From Amoebophrya sp. A120 (Eukaryota > Protista > Dinoflagellata): 64,000 nt of DNA. The position numbers and the translations under genes were made by a program. The stretch spans positions 9,489,087 through 9,553,086 of the forward strand of contig CAJINV010000002.1 in NCBI GenBank assembly GCA_905178155.1, in the 5' to 3' direction. Shown one piece after another: positions 12,601 to 22,207 of the stretch. Numbering within the stretch: position 1 is the stretch's first letter; each line of letters opens with the position of its first letter. The notes below the pieces were generated by a model. That model had not been told where the DNA came from, made no database searches, and worked only from the letters and a program-made list of their open reading frames with translations.

Positions 12601-15600
12601 CATCGACCATTTCCGCGTCTACCACCGCTCCACTATCATTAGCACTGCTGACTACGTCCACAGATGCGGACGCCGACAGCTCGGCGTCCTTCCCGAAGCC
12701 GTGGACGAGGAGGAAATTGTACAGCATTTCGTGTCCGCGCTCCGTGCCAATCGACTCGGGGTGGAACTGAACACCGTAAATCGGCAGGTGCTTGTGCTCC
12801 ACGGCCAGCACCACTTGCTTTTCCGAATCCGAGACTGCGGTACAACGCAGGTGCTTGTTTTTCCGCAACTGCTCCTTGTTCGCGACAATGGAATGGTACC
12901 GCATCACTTTCACGTCGTCGTTGTTCCAGTTGTTCGGGTCGTGCTTTTGACTCATCATATCATCCTGAGCCGCTGTCGAGCTTCCTGTTCCCGGTATTGA
13001 ATAGCTACGCGGGAACAGCGGATTGGAGTAGTTCGATTTTGAAACCACTTCGCTAAAGACCATTTTCGACGGCTTTCCGTGGTAAATTTCCTCTTTACAA
13101 ACCTCCGTCGCGCAGCCGAAGTACTCACAGAGCGTCTGGTGGCCCAGACAGATCCCTAAGAGCGGGATTTTCCACTTGACCGCAAAGTCGATGACGGGAT
13201 ACAGCACGTCCTTCACCTCCTTCGGCGATTTCGGGCCCGGGCCCAGCACGATGTGCGAAATGTAGGAAAAGCTGTCCGCGGGGCCTCTCCCCGTCCTGAA
13301 CGTGCTGGCCGAGTTGTCGAAATTTTCCAGGTTCTCCAAAAAAGAATTCGACTCAAATTGCTCGTCCCAGTACTTGATCAGCTTCATCAGATCCGGGTCG
13401 TCGTTGCGAGTCACCTGGATCGACGCCTTGTAGTAGTTCTCAGAATTTGAAGATGATACTTTCCCAATTTCTTCTGCTTTCTCCGCGTCGCACTGATTGG
13501 CGATGTGCGAAATGATCTCACTGAAGTACTGGTAGATGTTGTAGGTGAACGAGTCGTAGTTGTCGACCAACAGAATTTTGTGGTTCTGCTTCCTGTTCTC
13601 CAACGGCCGGGTTAAGGGGAGGTGCGACACCAGGCTGGAAGCGGTGCGGTTGGGTTTTTGGGCGGTGGAGGTGGACGACGTGTTTTTACTTTTATTTTCG
13701 CCAACAAGTTGATGCGCACGTCGCTCGGTCATAATTTTTGCGGTCGTGTGACTTTGCTTCTTCCCCTCCTCTTCTTTTCGCATTTCCTGGAGTCTTTCCT
13801 CGACCATGGTTTCCAGTCGCGCCGTCCCGTAACTCGACCGCGCACCGTAGTCGATTTCGCGGCCCTCGGACATTTGGAGAATTTTTTGCGAAGTAGAAGA
13901 TGAGGAGGACATTTTTTTCATCTCCGCTGCACCGGCCAGCTGCAACAAAGCAGACCCGGGCAGGGAAAGGAGATTTTTGTTCTTGTTGTTCCCGGTGGAT
14001 GCGCTCATCAATCCCTGTTCTGCCTGCTTGATCGCGGATTTCAAAACGTTCATTTTGAAGCCGGTTTCTTCATACTCGGAGGTCGGGTCGCTGTCGAACA
14101 CGATTCCCGCGCCGGCTTGCAGCTGCACCTGGTTTAACGGTACTGAAGACCGACTCTCATCATGATCCGGTGCCTTGGTCACGATGGCGGTGCGGATGGC
14201 GATACAGGTTTCGGTCGTCAACCCATCGTAGTTGAAAAATCCGAGGCCCCCGGCGAACACCCCGCGCGGGCGGTACCGCTCCATTTCCATGATATCCTTC
14301 ACGGCTTGGATTTTCGGCGCCCCGGACACCGTGCCCATCGGGAACACCGCCTTCATGACCTGCAGAGCGGGGACGTCCGGCAGCTTGCCGTCGGCAGTAC
14401 AACCGGACAACTGCAAAGGCACTTGGTGCTGGGTCGGCTTCGCGCGGCCAGGAGCAGCTTGTGCTTGTTGTAGTCCACCTCCGGGAAATAAAGAAGTCAT
14501 TTTTCCTCTCTCTTCTTCGTACTTTTTCTTCGCCCGAAACTCCTTTTTCCTTGTCTGGAATTTGGACACCGCCGCAGCCAGGTCCTTCAACATTTTCTCG
14601 GTCTGCTCCAGATCCACACAGCCGTCGGTCACACTCACGCCATACTTCAGCTGCAGCTCCCCGGCCTTGTACTTCGCAACGTCCAGTTTCTGGTTCCCGC
14701 ACAGCAAATTCGACTCGATCATGACGCCGAGAATCGGCGGGAACACCGGCTCCTCCGCCTGCTCCGCCACGGTCTCGCCGACTACGGTCTCCAACACCTG
14801 GTCGCACAGATCCTTCAGAACCACGGGCTGCCGCGTGAAGTCTTTGTTCGCGTTCCCGTGCGAGCAGTCGATCAGCAGCTTTTTCGGCGCTTCCGGGACC
14901 AGTTTGGAAATGGCGTTCTTCACGTGCTCCCGGCTGTAGTTCGGCCCGTCCTTCCCGCCCCGCAGCACCACGTGCGCGTCGGGGTTGCCGTCCGTCTTGA
15001 ATACCCCGTAGATTTCCCCGATCGCGATCTGCGACCGGTTTTGCTTGATCTGCTGCAACTTCTGGGCTTTGGTCGACGAAGATGAAATCGCCGTGCGCGG
15101 CTCGACGGCACTGGAGGCGGAGGACGCGGACGAAGCAACGCCACTGTTGTTAGTTGTAGAACTGTCAAGACCGGATTGTTGTTCGAGAGAGGAATCATGA
15201 GCAGTTGTATGGCTGTTCACCTCGATCGGCGAGAGCAACATGCGATTCAGCTCCTCCTGGTCGGAATTGTCGCTCGCCGTGGTGATGGCCCCGCCAAACG
15301 CGTGCCCGAACGACTTCTCGTCCATCGGCCCCAGGATGCTGTAGGCCTTCCGCCCGGCGACCACGGCGTCGCAGGCCACCTGCACGTCCCCGCTGGTGCC
15401 GTTCTTGAAGCCGCAGGGCACGTTCTATCAAATGTAAAAATGTCTGGGTCTGGAAGAATGCAAGTTTGTCATGCTTGTCTGGCATGACTCTTAAATCTGT
15501 CATGCACGTTACCCAAGAGCTGCGTTTTTCTGTCATGCAGAAGCGCAGTTTGTCATGCAGAATAGGCAACACCTAGAAGCTCAGAAACTTGTCATGCTGA

Positions 15601-18600
15601 GCCAGCAATTGTGGCCTCCTCATGATATGCCACACAGCATCACAAGTTTCCAGACCCAGACATTCTTACATTTGATACGTTCGCCCCGGACACCATCTCG
15701 CGGTGCACCTGCGACTCGACGGTGCGCGCGCCGATCGCGCCCCAGGACACCAGGTCCGCGATGTACCGCGCGCACACGGGGTCCAAAAACTCCGTGGCGA
15801 CCGGTAGGTCAAAATGCTCCGTGATGTCCAGCATCAACGAGCGGGTCAGGTACAGGCCCTTCTGGATGTCGCAGCTGTCGTCCATGTTTGGGTCGTTCAC
15901 GTACCCCTTCCAGCCGACGGTCGACCGCGGCTTCTCGCCGTACACGCGCATCACGATCAACAACTCGTTCTCGTACTTCTTCGCCTCGTGCGCCAGGAAT
16001 TTGGCGTACTTCAGCGCCATGTCGTAGTCGTGGACGGAGCAGGGGCCGATCACCACCACCAGACGGTCCGGGTTGGGCCCCTTCTGGTGCAGAATCTCGT
16101 GGATCTCGGTATAACCTGCTCAGGCGTTACAATCTCAAACGTTACAATAGAATCTGGGATTTGTATTGCATGAGGAACATGACAGACTCGCAGAGCGTTC
16201 CACTTTCTGCAATACAAATTTCGCCAGATTCTAGTGCGGTTTGGGGCTCCGAAACTTGTCATGCGCAATCCTGTGGGACTAGGGTAGATCATGCACTTCC
16301 TGCATCACAGATTTCCAGATTCTATTGTAACGTTTGAGATTGTAACGTTTGAGCGGGCCATACTCGGTTTTCGCCGTGTTGTTCACGATTTTCGTCTATC
16401 AAATGTAAAAATGTCTGGGTCTGGAAGATTGCAACTTGTCATGCTGTTTTTGGACTCCAAAAAATTTCGTATTGCATGACCAGCAAGAGGGGCACACTTT
16501 GTGCTACACGGACAGGGCATTTCTCATGCGGAAGGTGCATCAGGAAGGCCTCTAAAAGTCTGCGATGCTACATCATGCATTACAGGCTTCATGGGTCATA
16601 AGAAATATGCATGACAAGTCTTGCATTCTTCCAGACCCAGACATTTTTACAATCCATATCGTCTTCTCGCTCGGCGGCAATAAATTCCGCAAGTGCCGGG
16701 GGAGCGGGAAAATTTTGCTCGGCTTGTAAGACAAAACGCGAGGTTTGAAGGGGAAGGAAAACCGAAACGTGCTGGACTGGAAGTTCGCGATTGTGTGATC
16801 CTTCGCCTTCGTGAGAGGCGTTTGCGGGGCGACGTTGAGCTTCCGCTTCTTCAAGGATGGCGTCTGGAACAGTAACTGGTAGTCCTCATCGTCGAGTGCT
16901 TTTCCGGAAAGCACAGAAAATTTGTTACTATTTCCTGCGGCCGATGACGTGTCCGCGACGAACCGGGCTTGCCGTTGCAGGTGCGCGCTGTCCTTGATGC
17001 CGCTGCTTCCCGCCGGACCCCCGGCGTGGATCTGACCCACGACTTTGGAGCACAGATGCATCACGTTCGGGAAAAATTTGATTTTCTGGAACTCCACGCA
17101 CTCCACGGAGCCGGGCTTCGCGATCTTGCCGATGTCGTTGCGGGCCAGGTCGACCAGCATGACGTGCTCCGCGAGCTCCTTCTCGTCGTGCAGCAGTCCG
17201 ATCGCGGTCTCCACGTCCTCTATGGATTGCAAATATGCCTGGGTCTGGAAACTTGTGATGCTGGGCGGCGTATCATGAGGGAGCCACAAGTGCTGGCTCA
17301 GCATGACAAGTTCCTGAGCTTCTAGGTGTTGCCTATTCTGCATGACAAAGTGCGTTTCTGCATGACAGAAAAGTGGGGCTCTTGAGTAGCGTACATGACA
17401 GATTTAAGAGTCATGCCAGACAAGCATGACAAACATGCACTCTTCCAGACCCAGACATTTTTGCATTTGATATCCTCCTTGTCGTCGAAGAACTTGGACC
17501 GCGGCCGCGTCCCGGCGATCGGGTGGGTGGTGATCTGTCCGGAGAAATCCACGGACACCTGCAGCTCCGGCGACGCGCCCACGATGAAGAAGTCGTCCAT
17601 CTTCAGCAGGTAGCGGTACTGCGTGGTCGGGGAAATTTTATTCAGCGCGTGGAAAATCATCCAGGCGTCCGCGCGGGTCTTCTTCTTCTCGATCCGACTG
17701 GGCACCGCCTGCAAAAAGTCGCCCCGGGTGACGCGGTGCTTCAACGTTTCCACGATTTTCTCAAACTCTTTCTGGGAGAAATTGGATTCGTAGTTCTCTT
17801 CCTCTTCGTACGTCATGGTCGAGAACGCGGAAGTTGCAGCGCCTGGTGCAGGGTGAGCGGAACTACCACCCGATGCGGTCGTTGTTGACCCCGCGAGCAG
17901 TAGTTCTTTCACGTCCTTTTCAAGCTCGTCCAATCTCGTCACCGCAGCGGCATAAGAATCCACGAATTGCTTCACATCGAAAATAGCACCACTTCCATTG
18001 TCTGATACTTCGCCCGTGGAAGAAGATCCTTGCCCCCGTCGTACTATCAGCTGCTGCTCCAACTCTTTGGAATGATTTACTTTCACCGTGGCGCACATCT
18101 TGATCCTCTTTCCCGCAACATCCAGTTCCAGAAACGAGTCGTACTGACACAAAATGGTCGTCGGACGCTCGGTATCAAATGCAAAAATGTCTGGGTCTGG
18201 AAGAATGCAAGTTTGTCATGCGTGTCTGGCATGACTCGAGAATCTGTGTTGCAGAGGCACGAAAAGGCCCTCTTATCTGTCACGCAAAAACGCACTTTGC
18301 CATGCGCAATACGTAAGACATGGCAGCCAAAAAATTTGTCATGCATAGCTGCGTATTGCAGTGCGTCTATCATTCTCTTGTAGCATTACAAGTTTCCAGA
18401 CCCAGACATTTTTGCATTTGATACTCGGCTTCCTTGTTGGCTGCTCTGGCGCTTTCCGCAGTAGATCTTTTTGCCTTGTGCTCCTCCAGCACCTTCGCCA
18501 ACGACGGTTCGACCTTGTGCATATTTTCGAACCCATAGTATCCAATATCCTATGTAAAAACGTACCCACCCCATAGTCAAGATGGGGAATTGGCTAGACA

Positions 18601-19518
18601 AATCCACAAGCTTTGGCTGTTTGGCATGACAAATTTGGACGCGTAGTGTAGTGCTGTTTGAGCTAGTTCAGCAGCATTACAGATCTAGTCTCTCATGCTG
18701 ATTGGAGCATGACAAATTTCAAAACACCATTAGAAAATGCTTCTCATGGGGCTCCGCATGAGGAACATTTTAAGCATGCAGAGTTGCATGACAACTATGG
18801 TGTGGGGACGTTTTTACACAGGATATCCAAGTAAGCCCCCACGGAACTTCTGCTGCACGGCGGAGGTTATCCAAAGTAAATTTCCCGTACACGTACAGAT
18901 GCGGTCTCTGCATGACAAAACTTGGCTTCGATCCTAGTTTAGCATGACAAGTAATACACTCCAAATTAGTGAAATTTGTGATGCACGTTGCACATGTACG
19001 GGAAATTTGTATTGCATAGAGGTAGCAGACGAAGTACCAGATGCACCGGTATAATCCTGTGTCGACCCGACCACGACTTCCGTGAGCCCGAGCCGCTGGT
19101 TCATCCACTCGCTGGGGTCCGCGCTGGACCGAAACAGGTCACAAGGCGTTTTGGCCACCAAAATTTTGTTGCCGCGGTCGCAACAAAAATACGCGTAGTA
19201 CTCCTGCGCATTATTTTCCACCGCCCCTTGTTCATCTTTTGTTCCACCAAACAGTCTCTCCGGCTGGGCGAGGCACCTCTGGAAAGTGACATGGTCAGAC
19301 ACCTCCACCTCTCGCTGCAGCAGAAAGTAAAACCCCTTGGGGTTCAACGCAGAACCGTGTGGAGTCGAGGCGGCGCTGCTGGTTGTAGTAACACCATCCG
19401 GACGGCAACTCTCGAAGTAACAGTCAACCGCCCGGATCACCTCGTGGACCGAGGCCTCCGACTTCGATATCTTAAACGCCATAGGGGAAGAAAAAGACGT
19501 CGATGCAACGTTGACCAT
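5771..19518 (-). CDS. Giant multifunctional aromatic biosynthesis polyprotein: TrpE(N)-DAHP synthase-TrpE(C)-TrpG-TrpA-TrpF-TrpB-TrpD-TrpC (~3,756 aa, 11 exons)
   Basis: Span 13,748 bp minus 9 introners (each +5-bp TSD) and one GT-AG intron (2,477 bp in total) = 11,271 nt = 3,757 codons. Each junction was translated by hand and is in frame (e.g. KFRGGLLGYYGFE, DDKEDVETAI, SEKTKIVNNTAKTEIHEIL, SGANVPCGFKNG, YMGVTGATTST, AYLNLPCTIYMG, VQRIESMGAKV). Confidence 0.9.
6890..7990 (-). CDS. trpD: Anthranilate phosphoribosyltransferase domain of fusion (approximate)
   Basis: IVGTGGD..NIST, KYGN..S..GSGAADLLE, TLFNYLGPIVNP, AMNAALVL. Confidence 0.88.
8370..10110 (-). CDS. trpB: Tryptophan synthase beta domain of fusion (two introners inside; approximate)
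   Basis: LKREDLLHTGAHKINN (PLP Lys), AETGAGQHGVATA, CVGGGSNCIG, SVSAGLDY, NLSGRGDKD. Confidence 0.96.
9135..9356. mobile_element. Introner (MITE-like intron), TIR type B, 222 bp
   Basis: TIR tatgacagtgcacaac.cccc; TSD cgatc at 9130-9134 and 9357-9361; removal gives VQRIESMG. Confidence 0.93.
9429..9690. mobile_element. Introner, TIR type A, 262 bp
   Basis: TIR tatggattgcaaaaatgtctgggtctggaag / cttccagaccccgacatttttacatttgata; TSD gttca; removal gives AYLNLPCTIY. Confidence 0.93.
10190..11160 (-). CDS. trpF: Phosphoribosylanthranilate isomerase domain of fusion (approximate)
   Basis: LKVCGYTN, FGFNFYEKSPRYV, IQLH, LLLDC..GGNG..W, FVAGGLCPEN, FDVASGAE. Confidence 0.9.
11300..12450 (-). CDS. 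trpA: Tryptophan synthase alpha domain of fusion (split by GT-AG intron; approximate)
   Basis: TCAGYP, IEVGVPFSDPFADGPVI, PVILMGYLN, YMGVTG, LMGFGI. Confidence 0.92.
11601..11847 (-). other. Canonical GT-AG intron (247 bp) in TrpA domain
   Basis: Minus strand ACAG|gtactg...ctctctttcag|GTGCC; joins ORFs 11819-15421 and 9679-11583 in frame. Confidence 0.85.
12710..13585 (-). CDS. trpG: Anthranilate synthase component II (glutamine amidotransferase) domain of fusion (approximate)
   Basis: ILLVDNYDSFTYNI, LGPGPKSP, LGICLGHQ, VMRYHS, GVQFHPES. Confidence 0.95.
14020..14375 (-). CDS. trpE: Anthranilate synthase component I, C-terminal part (after the DAHP synthase insertion)
   Basis: FPMGTVSGAPK, RGVFAGGLGF, CIAIRT, QAGAGIVFDSDPTSEYEET. 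Confidence 0.93.
14560..16740 (-). CDS. aroG: Class I-alpha DAHP synthase (AroF/G/H type) domain inserted in frame in TrpE; three introners inside (approximate)
   Basis: VIGPCSVHD, RVYGEKPRSTVGWKG, IGARTVESQVHRE, GFKNGT, LRGG, DCSHGNANK, GVMIES, YGVSVTDGC. Confidence 0.94.
15426..15677. mobile_element. Introner, TIR type A, 252 bp
   Basis: TIR tatcaaatgtaaaaatgtctgggtctggaa; TSD cgttc; reverse-orientation relative of 17221-17472 and 61079-61330. Confidence 0.93.
16110..16362. mobile_element. Introner, TIR type D, 253 bp
   Basis: ~48-bp TIR tat..cc.gctca..cgttacaatctcaaacgttacaatagaatctgg; TSD ctcgg. Confidence 0.92.
16397..16658. mobile_element. Introner, TIR type A, 262 bp
   Basis: TIR tatcaaatgtaaaaatgtctggg / cccagacatttttacaatccata; TSD tcgtc. 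Confidence 0.93.
17030..19518 (-). CDS. trpE: Anthranilate synthase component I, N-terminal and central part (four introners inside)
   Basis: FRGGLLGYYGFE, GDFLQAVPS, VGASPEL, HPIAGTRPR, DEKELAEHVMLVDLARNDIGK, VMHLCSKVVG. Confidence 0.92.
17221..17472. mobile_element. Introner, TIR type A, 252 bp
   Basis: TIR tatggattgcaaatatgcctgggtctggaa / ttccagacccagacatttttgcatttgata; TSD tcctc. Confidence 0.93.
18173..18423. mobile_element. Introner, TIR type A, 251 bp
   Basis: TIR tatcaaatgcaaaaatgtctgggtctggaa; TSD ctcgg. Confidence 0.93.
18546..18825. mobile_element. Introner, TIR type C, 280 bp
   Basis: TIR tatcct.tgtaaaaacgt.cccac.ccatagt; TSD tccaa. Confidence 0.92.
18868..19018. mobile_element. 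Introner, short TIR type G, 151 bp
   Basis: TIR tat.caa...aaatttcccgtaca; TSD gaggt; removal gives SATSAVQQKFRGG. Confidence 0.9.
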
Positions 19519-20680
19519 GGAGGTTCTAGTTTTATCGGTCGGTGTAATATAAGGGTTTGGGTTTAGGATTTACGACTGAAATATACTTAAAACTTTTGCC
19601 ACTGTAACTAGCAATCTCGTACTGATAAAATGACGAGGCGCGATCAGAGTTTTCCTTAAACTACTTTGTCTCTAGGAATTAGGCTTTAGGGTTCCGACAA
19701 ATTACTTTATCACGTGCCGCAGGAGTTGAATACCGTTCAGGAGTGTAGCGAGCGAAATACGCGGTCGTCTACACTTTCGGGATACAACAACTTACACTTT
19801 GCCAGCGGTCTCGATAGACAAAAGAAAAAAAGAAGAATGATTCTGCAATGGATGAAATAAAGTAAATCACGTGAAGCAAAAAACTTGTGGTAATTTTTGA
19901 ACGAAAATTGCAGACAAGGATCTTCGCGTTTTTTCATTTATCAACCGAACGAGAAGTTTCGAAAACTGGATCTGTGATTTTTCTTGCACCGAGTTTCTTG
20001 TCCTTTCTCTTGCTACCGTATGGCCGCAGTGGTCCTCGTTTGAGTCTACTTTTGGAATAAACTTCTATCGGCTACTCATGCCGATTTCGATTCGCCAGGA
20101 TCGATGTGCGTGCCGACTAGTAAAGCTAAAGTAGGAGTGACAGCAGTGAAATAAAGACAATAGCAAGACTTCCTCTGCTCTAGTACAACGGTGGATGCTA
20201 GTAGAAAAAGACCGTTCACCCGGGAGGTCCTGGATTGTTGTTCATTCAATTGATTTTATTTCTGTGCGTCCACCTGCACGAGCCACTACGATCTTGAAAA
20301 AAGTAAATGGCGAAAAACGTTTACAGTGAAGCGGCAAAGACACTATTTTCAAAAAACTAGTTGCACGAAGTCGAGAACGCTTTTCTAGTGAAGCATATTG
20401 CTGAGTACGAGTTTCAAGGCAAGAGATAGTTGCACGGTACAAAAACAGAGAAACTCGGACGTGGACTGTGGTTGGACGGAGACGGTGGAAAAAAAGTGCA
20501 ACAAAAAAAGGAACCGACTTGATAACAAAACGGAATTTTGCAAACAAAACACCATGCACGAGGTTGGCAATACTTTTTGAAGCACCCCTGTAGTTGGAGT
20601 TGCTTCCAGAAAGCACAGCGTTTTGTTCACATTACGCGGCAGCAGCTTGATGAATAAAAACGAATGCACTTCGCTTTGTT

Positions 20681-22147
20681 TCATGGGTCGGCACAACTCT
20701 GATGATCAGCATCCTGAACTTCATACATTTCTGCCCGCGTAACAATTTCGGAATTCATTCCTTCTGTATCGACAATCGTAAAGCGTGCGAAAAATGGATC
20801 GCAAATCGGCTCTGTGTAAATTCGAAACGGATCAGCTCCGCTCCTGTAACCCGGTGCCTCCCGTACTCCTTCGATGCTACTATCCACACCGACCGATTCC
20901 GCTGTGCTTATTCGGTCGTAAAGCAACCTCAGGAAGGACGTTGCTCTGCTTTTGTCTTCTCGTTCCGCTTGCGCGTGTCCTTCTGCGCCAGGTCGGCTGC
21001 GTTGGTGATCCACCGGATCACGCCCCCCGGCGAAGTCGGCTTCTAGGTTCATAGTAGTATTGTCGCGAGAAGAACAAGAACCGAGAGCCATATTTCCTCT
21101 TTCACTTTTCTCCACAACGGAGTTGTCCATTCTGGTTTTTTTCGCTTTAAGATGTTCTTCCTGGTCAGCCGGACCGAGTCCACTTCTATTGCAATCTCGC
21201 CGTAGATACCCCGGAAGCCAATGGCGCGCGTCAACCCACATTTTCGAAAAGATCGAGTCGTCGCGAGCTCTGCTTGGCGCTGAAGCAGGAGCATTTCGTG
21301 TGCTCGCTGGTCCCTCCACTGGGTCGGCTTTCATAACGCACTTCCCTCTTTCATCTTCTTCAAACCGCCCAATTTTGCCCAACTCAGTCGTCACGTCGAA
21401 CCACTGTGGTCGCATCTCGTCGCTCTCATGCGCCTCTAGCGTCTGCAAATCCGCTTCACTCCACCTGGCCTTTTCCACTCTGTTTTCGTTTCCCTGCCGC
21501 GAATCACCAGCATCGGAATCTTGAACTTGATCAACATCTGCATGATCAATGCGATACTCGAAAATGAAGATTTCCAAAATTTTCCGGCAACTTCTTTCCA
21601 CCTCTTGCCCCTTCTCGTACAGGTAGTCGACGTCTTGCCTCCCGACAAACCGCAATTCTGCAGCAACCTTTTCCTGCACAACTGAAACATTTACTTCCCC
21701 ACCTGTGCTTGTCCTCGTCCCTGCGGCGGGACATTCCACCAAAAGCGGTGAGCAGTCCGGGACATCGTCCAACACGGTGAGCAGCCCGGGACATTCCTCC
21801 AAAAGCTCCCGCGCTGCGCAGTCCCGGATCGTCCTGTCCTTGCCTTCCTCGAACTTGCCGCCGAAACCGTTCCATTTTCCCTTGCCGAAACCGCGCTTCT
21901 TGAAGCCGAGCAGAATTTTGTCCGAGCACTGCGTTTTCAAGCGCGGAAATACGAGGGAAAGCATTTTGCGCTTTACTTGCTGTGTACTGGCCTCGTCTTG
22001 CTCTGTCAGGCTGCAGCACGAAAGGGGTGCTGCTGCTACTTCCGGAGATGTCCGTTTCTCAGTGCGCCGCTCCATTTGTTGCCTGGCTGCGACAGTTGTC
22101 AAAGCGTCGCCCCCTGCCGCCAACATCGTTTCTGTTTCGTCTGGCAT
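20681..22147 (-). CDS. NUDT1: MTH1/NUDT1-like Nudix hydrolase (oxidized purine nucleoside triphosphatase) with long insertions
   Basis: [33 protein letters not shown] Nudix box, [20 protein letters not shown], all resembling MTH1. Confidence 0.88.
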   Translation of the reverse strand: MPDETETMLAAGGDALTTVAARQQMERRTEKRTSPEVAAAPLSCCSLTEQDEASTQQVKRKMLSLVFPRLKTQCSDKILLGFKKRGFGKGKWNGFGGKFEEGKDRTIRDCAARELLEECPGLLTVLDDVPDCSPLLVECPAAGTRTSTGGEVNVSVVQEKVAAELRFVGRQDVDYLYEKGQEVERSCRKILEIFIFEYRIDHADVDQVQDSDAGDSRQGNENRVEKARWSEADLQTLEAHESDEMRPQWFDVTTELGKIGRFEEDERGKCVMKADPVEGPASTRNAPASAPSRARDDSIFSKMWVDARHWLPGYLRRDCNRSGLGPADQEEHLKAKKTRMDNSVVEKSERGNMALGSCSSRDNTTMNLEADFAGGRDPVDHQRSRPGAEGHAQAEREDKSRATSFLRLLYDRISTAESVGVDSSIEGVREAPGYRSGADPFRIYTEPICDPFFARFTIVDTEGMNSEIVTRAEMYEVQDADHQSCADP

Positions 22148-22207
22148 AATGTTGTGCGATTACTTTGGTGTACAACTGGATTGTCTTTGTTCCCACACCT
22201 CAAACTA

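Noticed and set aside
15195-15572. Recurrent small ORFs containing FQTQTFLHLI, SNVKMSGSG, KCKNVWVWK or PDPDIFTFD
   Set aside because: These are translations of the type A TIR in different frames, not a protein family
5771-19518. Bacterial trp operon contamination, or a pseudogene broken by insertions
   Set aside because: No stops or restarts between domains, contains a GT-AG intron and the same elements as CFAP43; the frame is restored at every insertion and core catalytic motifs are retained
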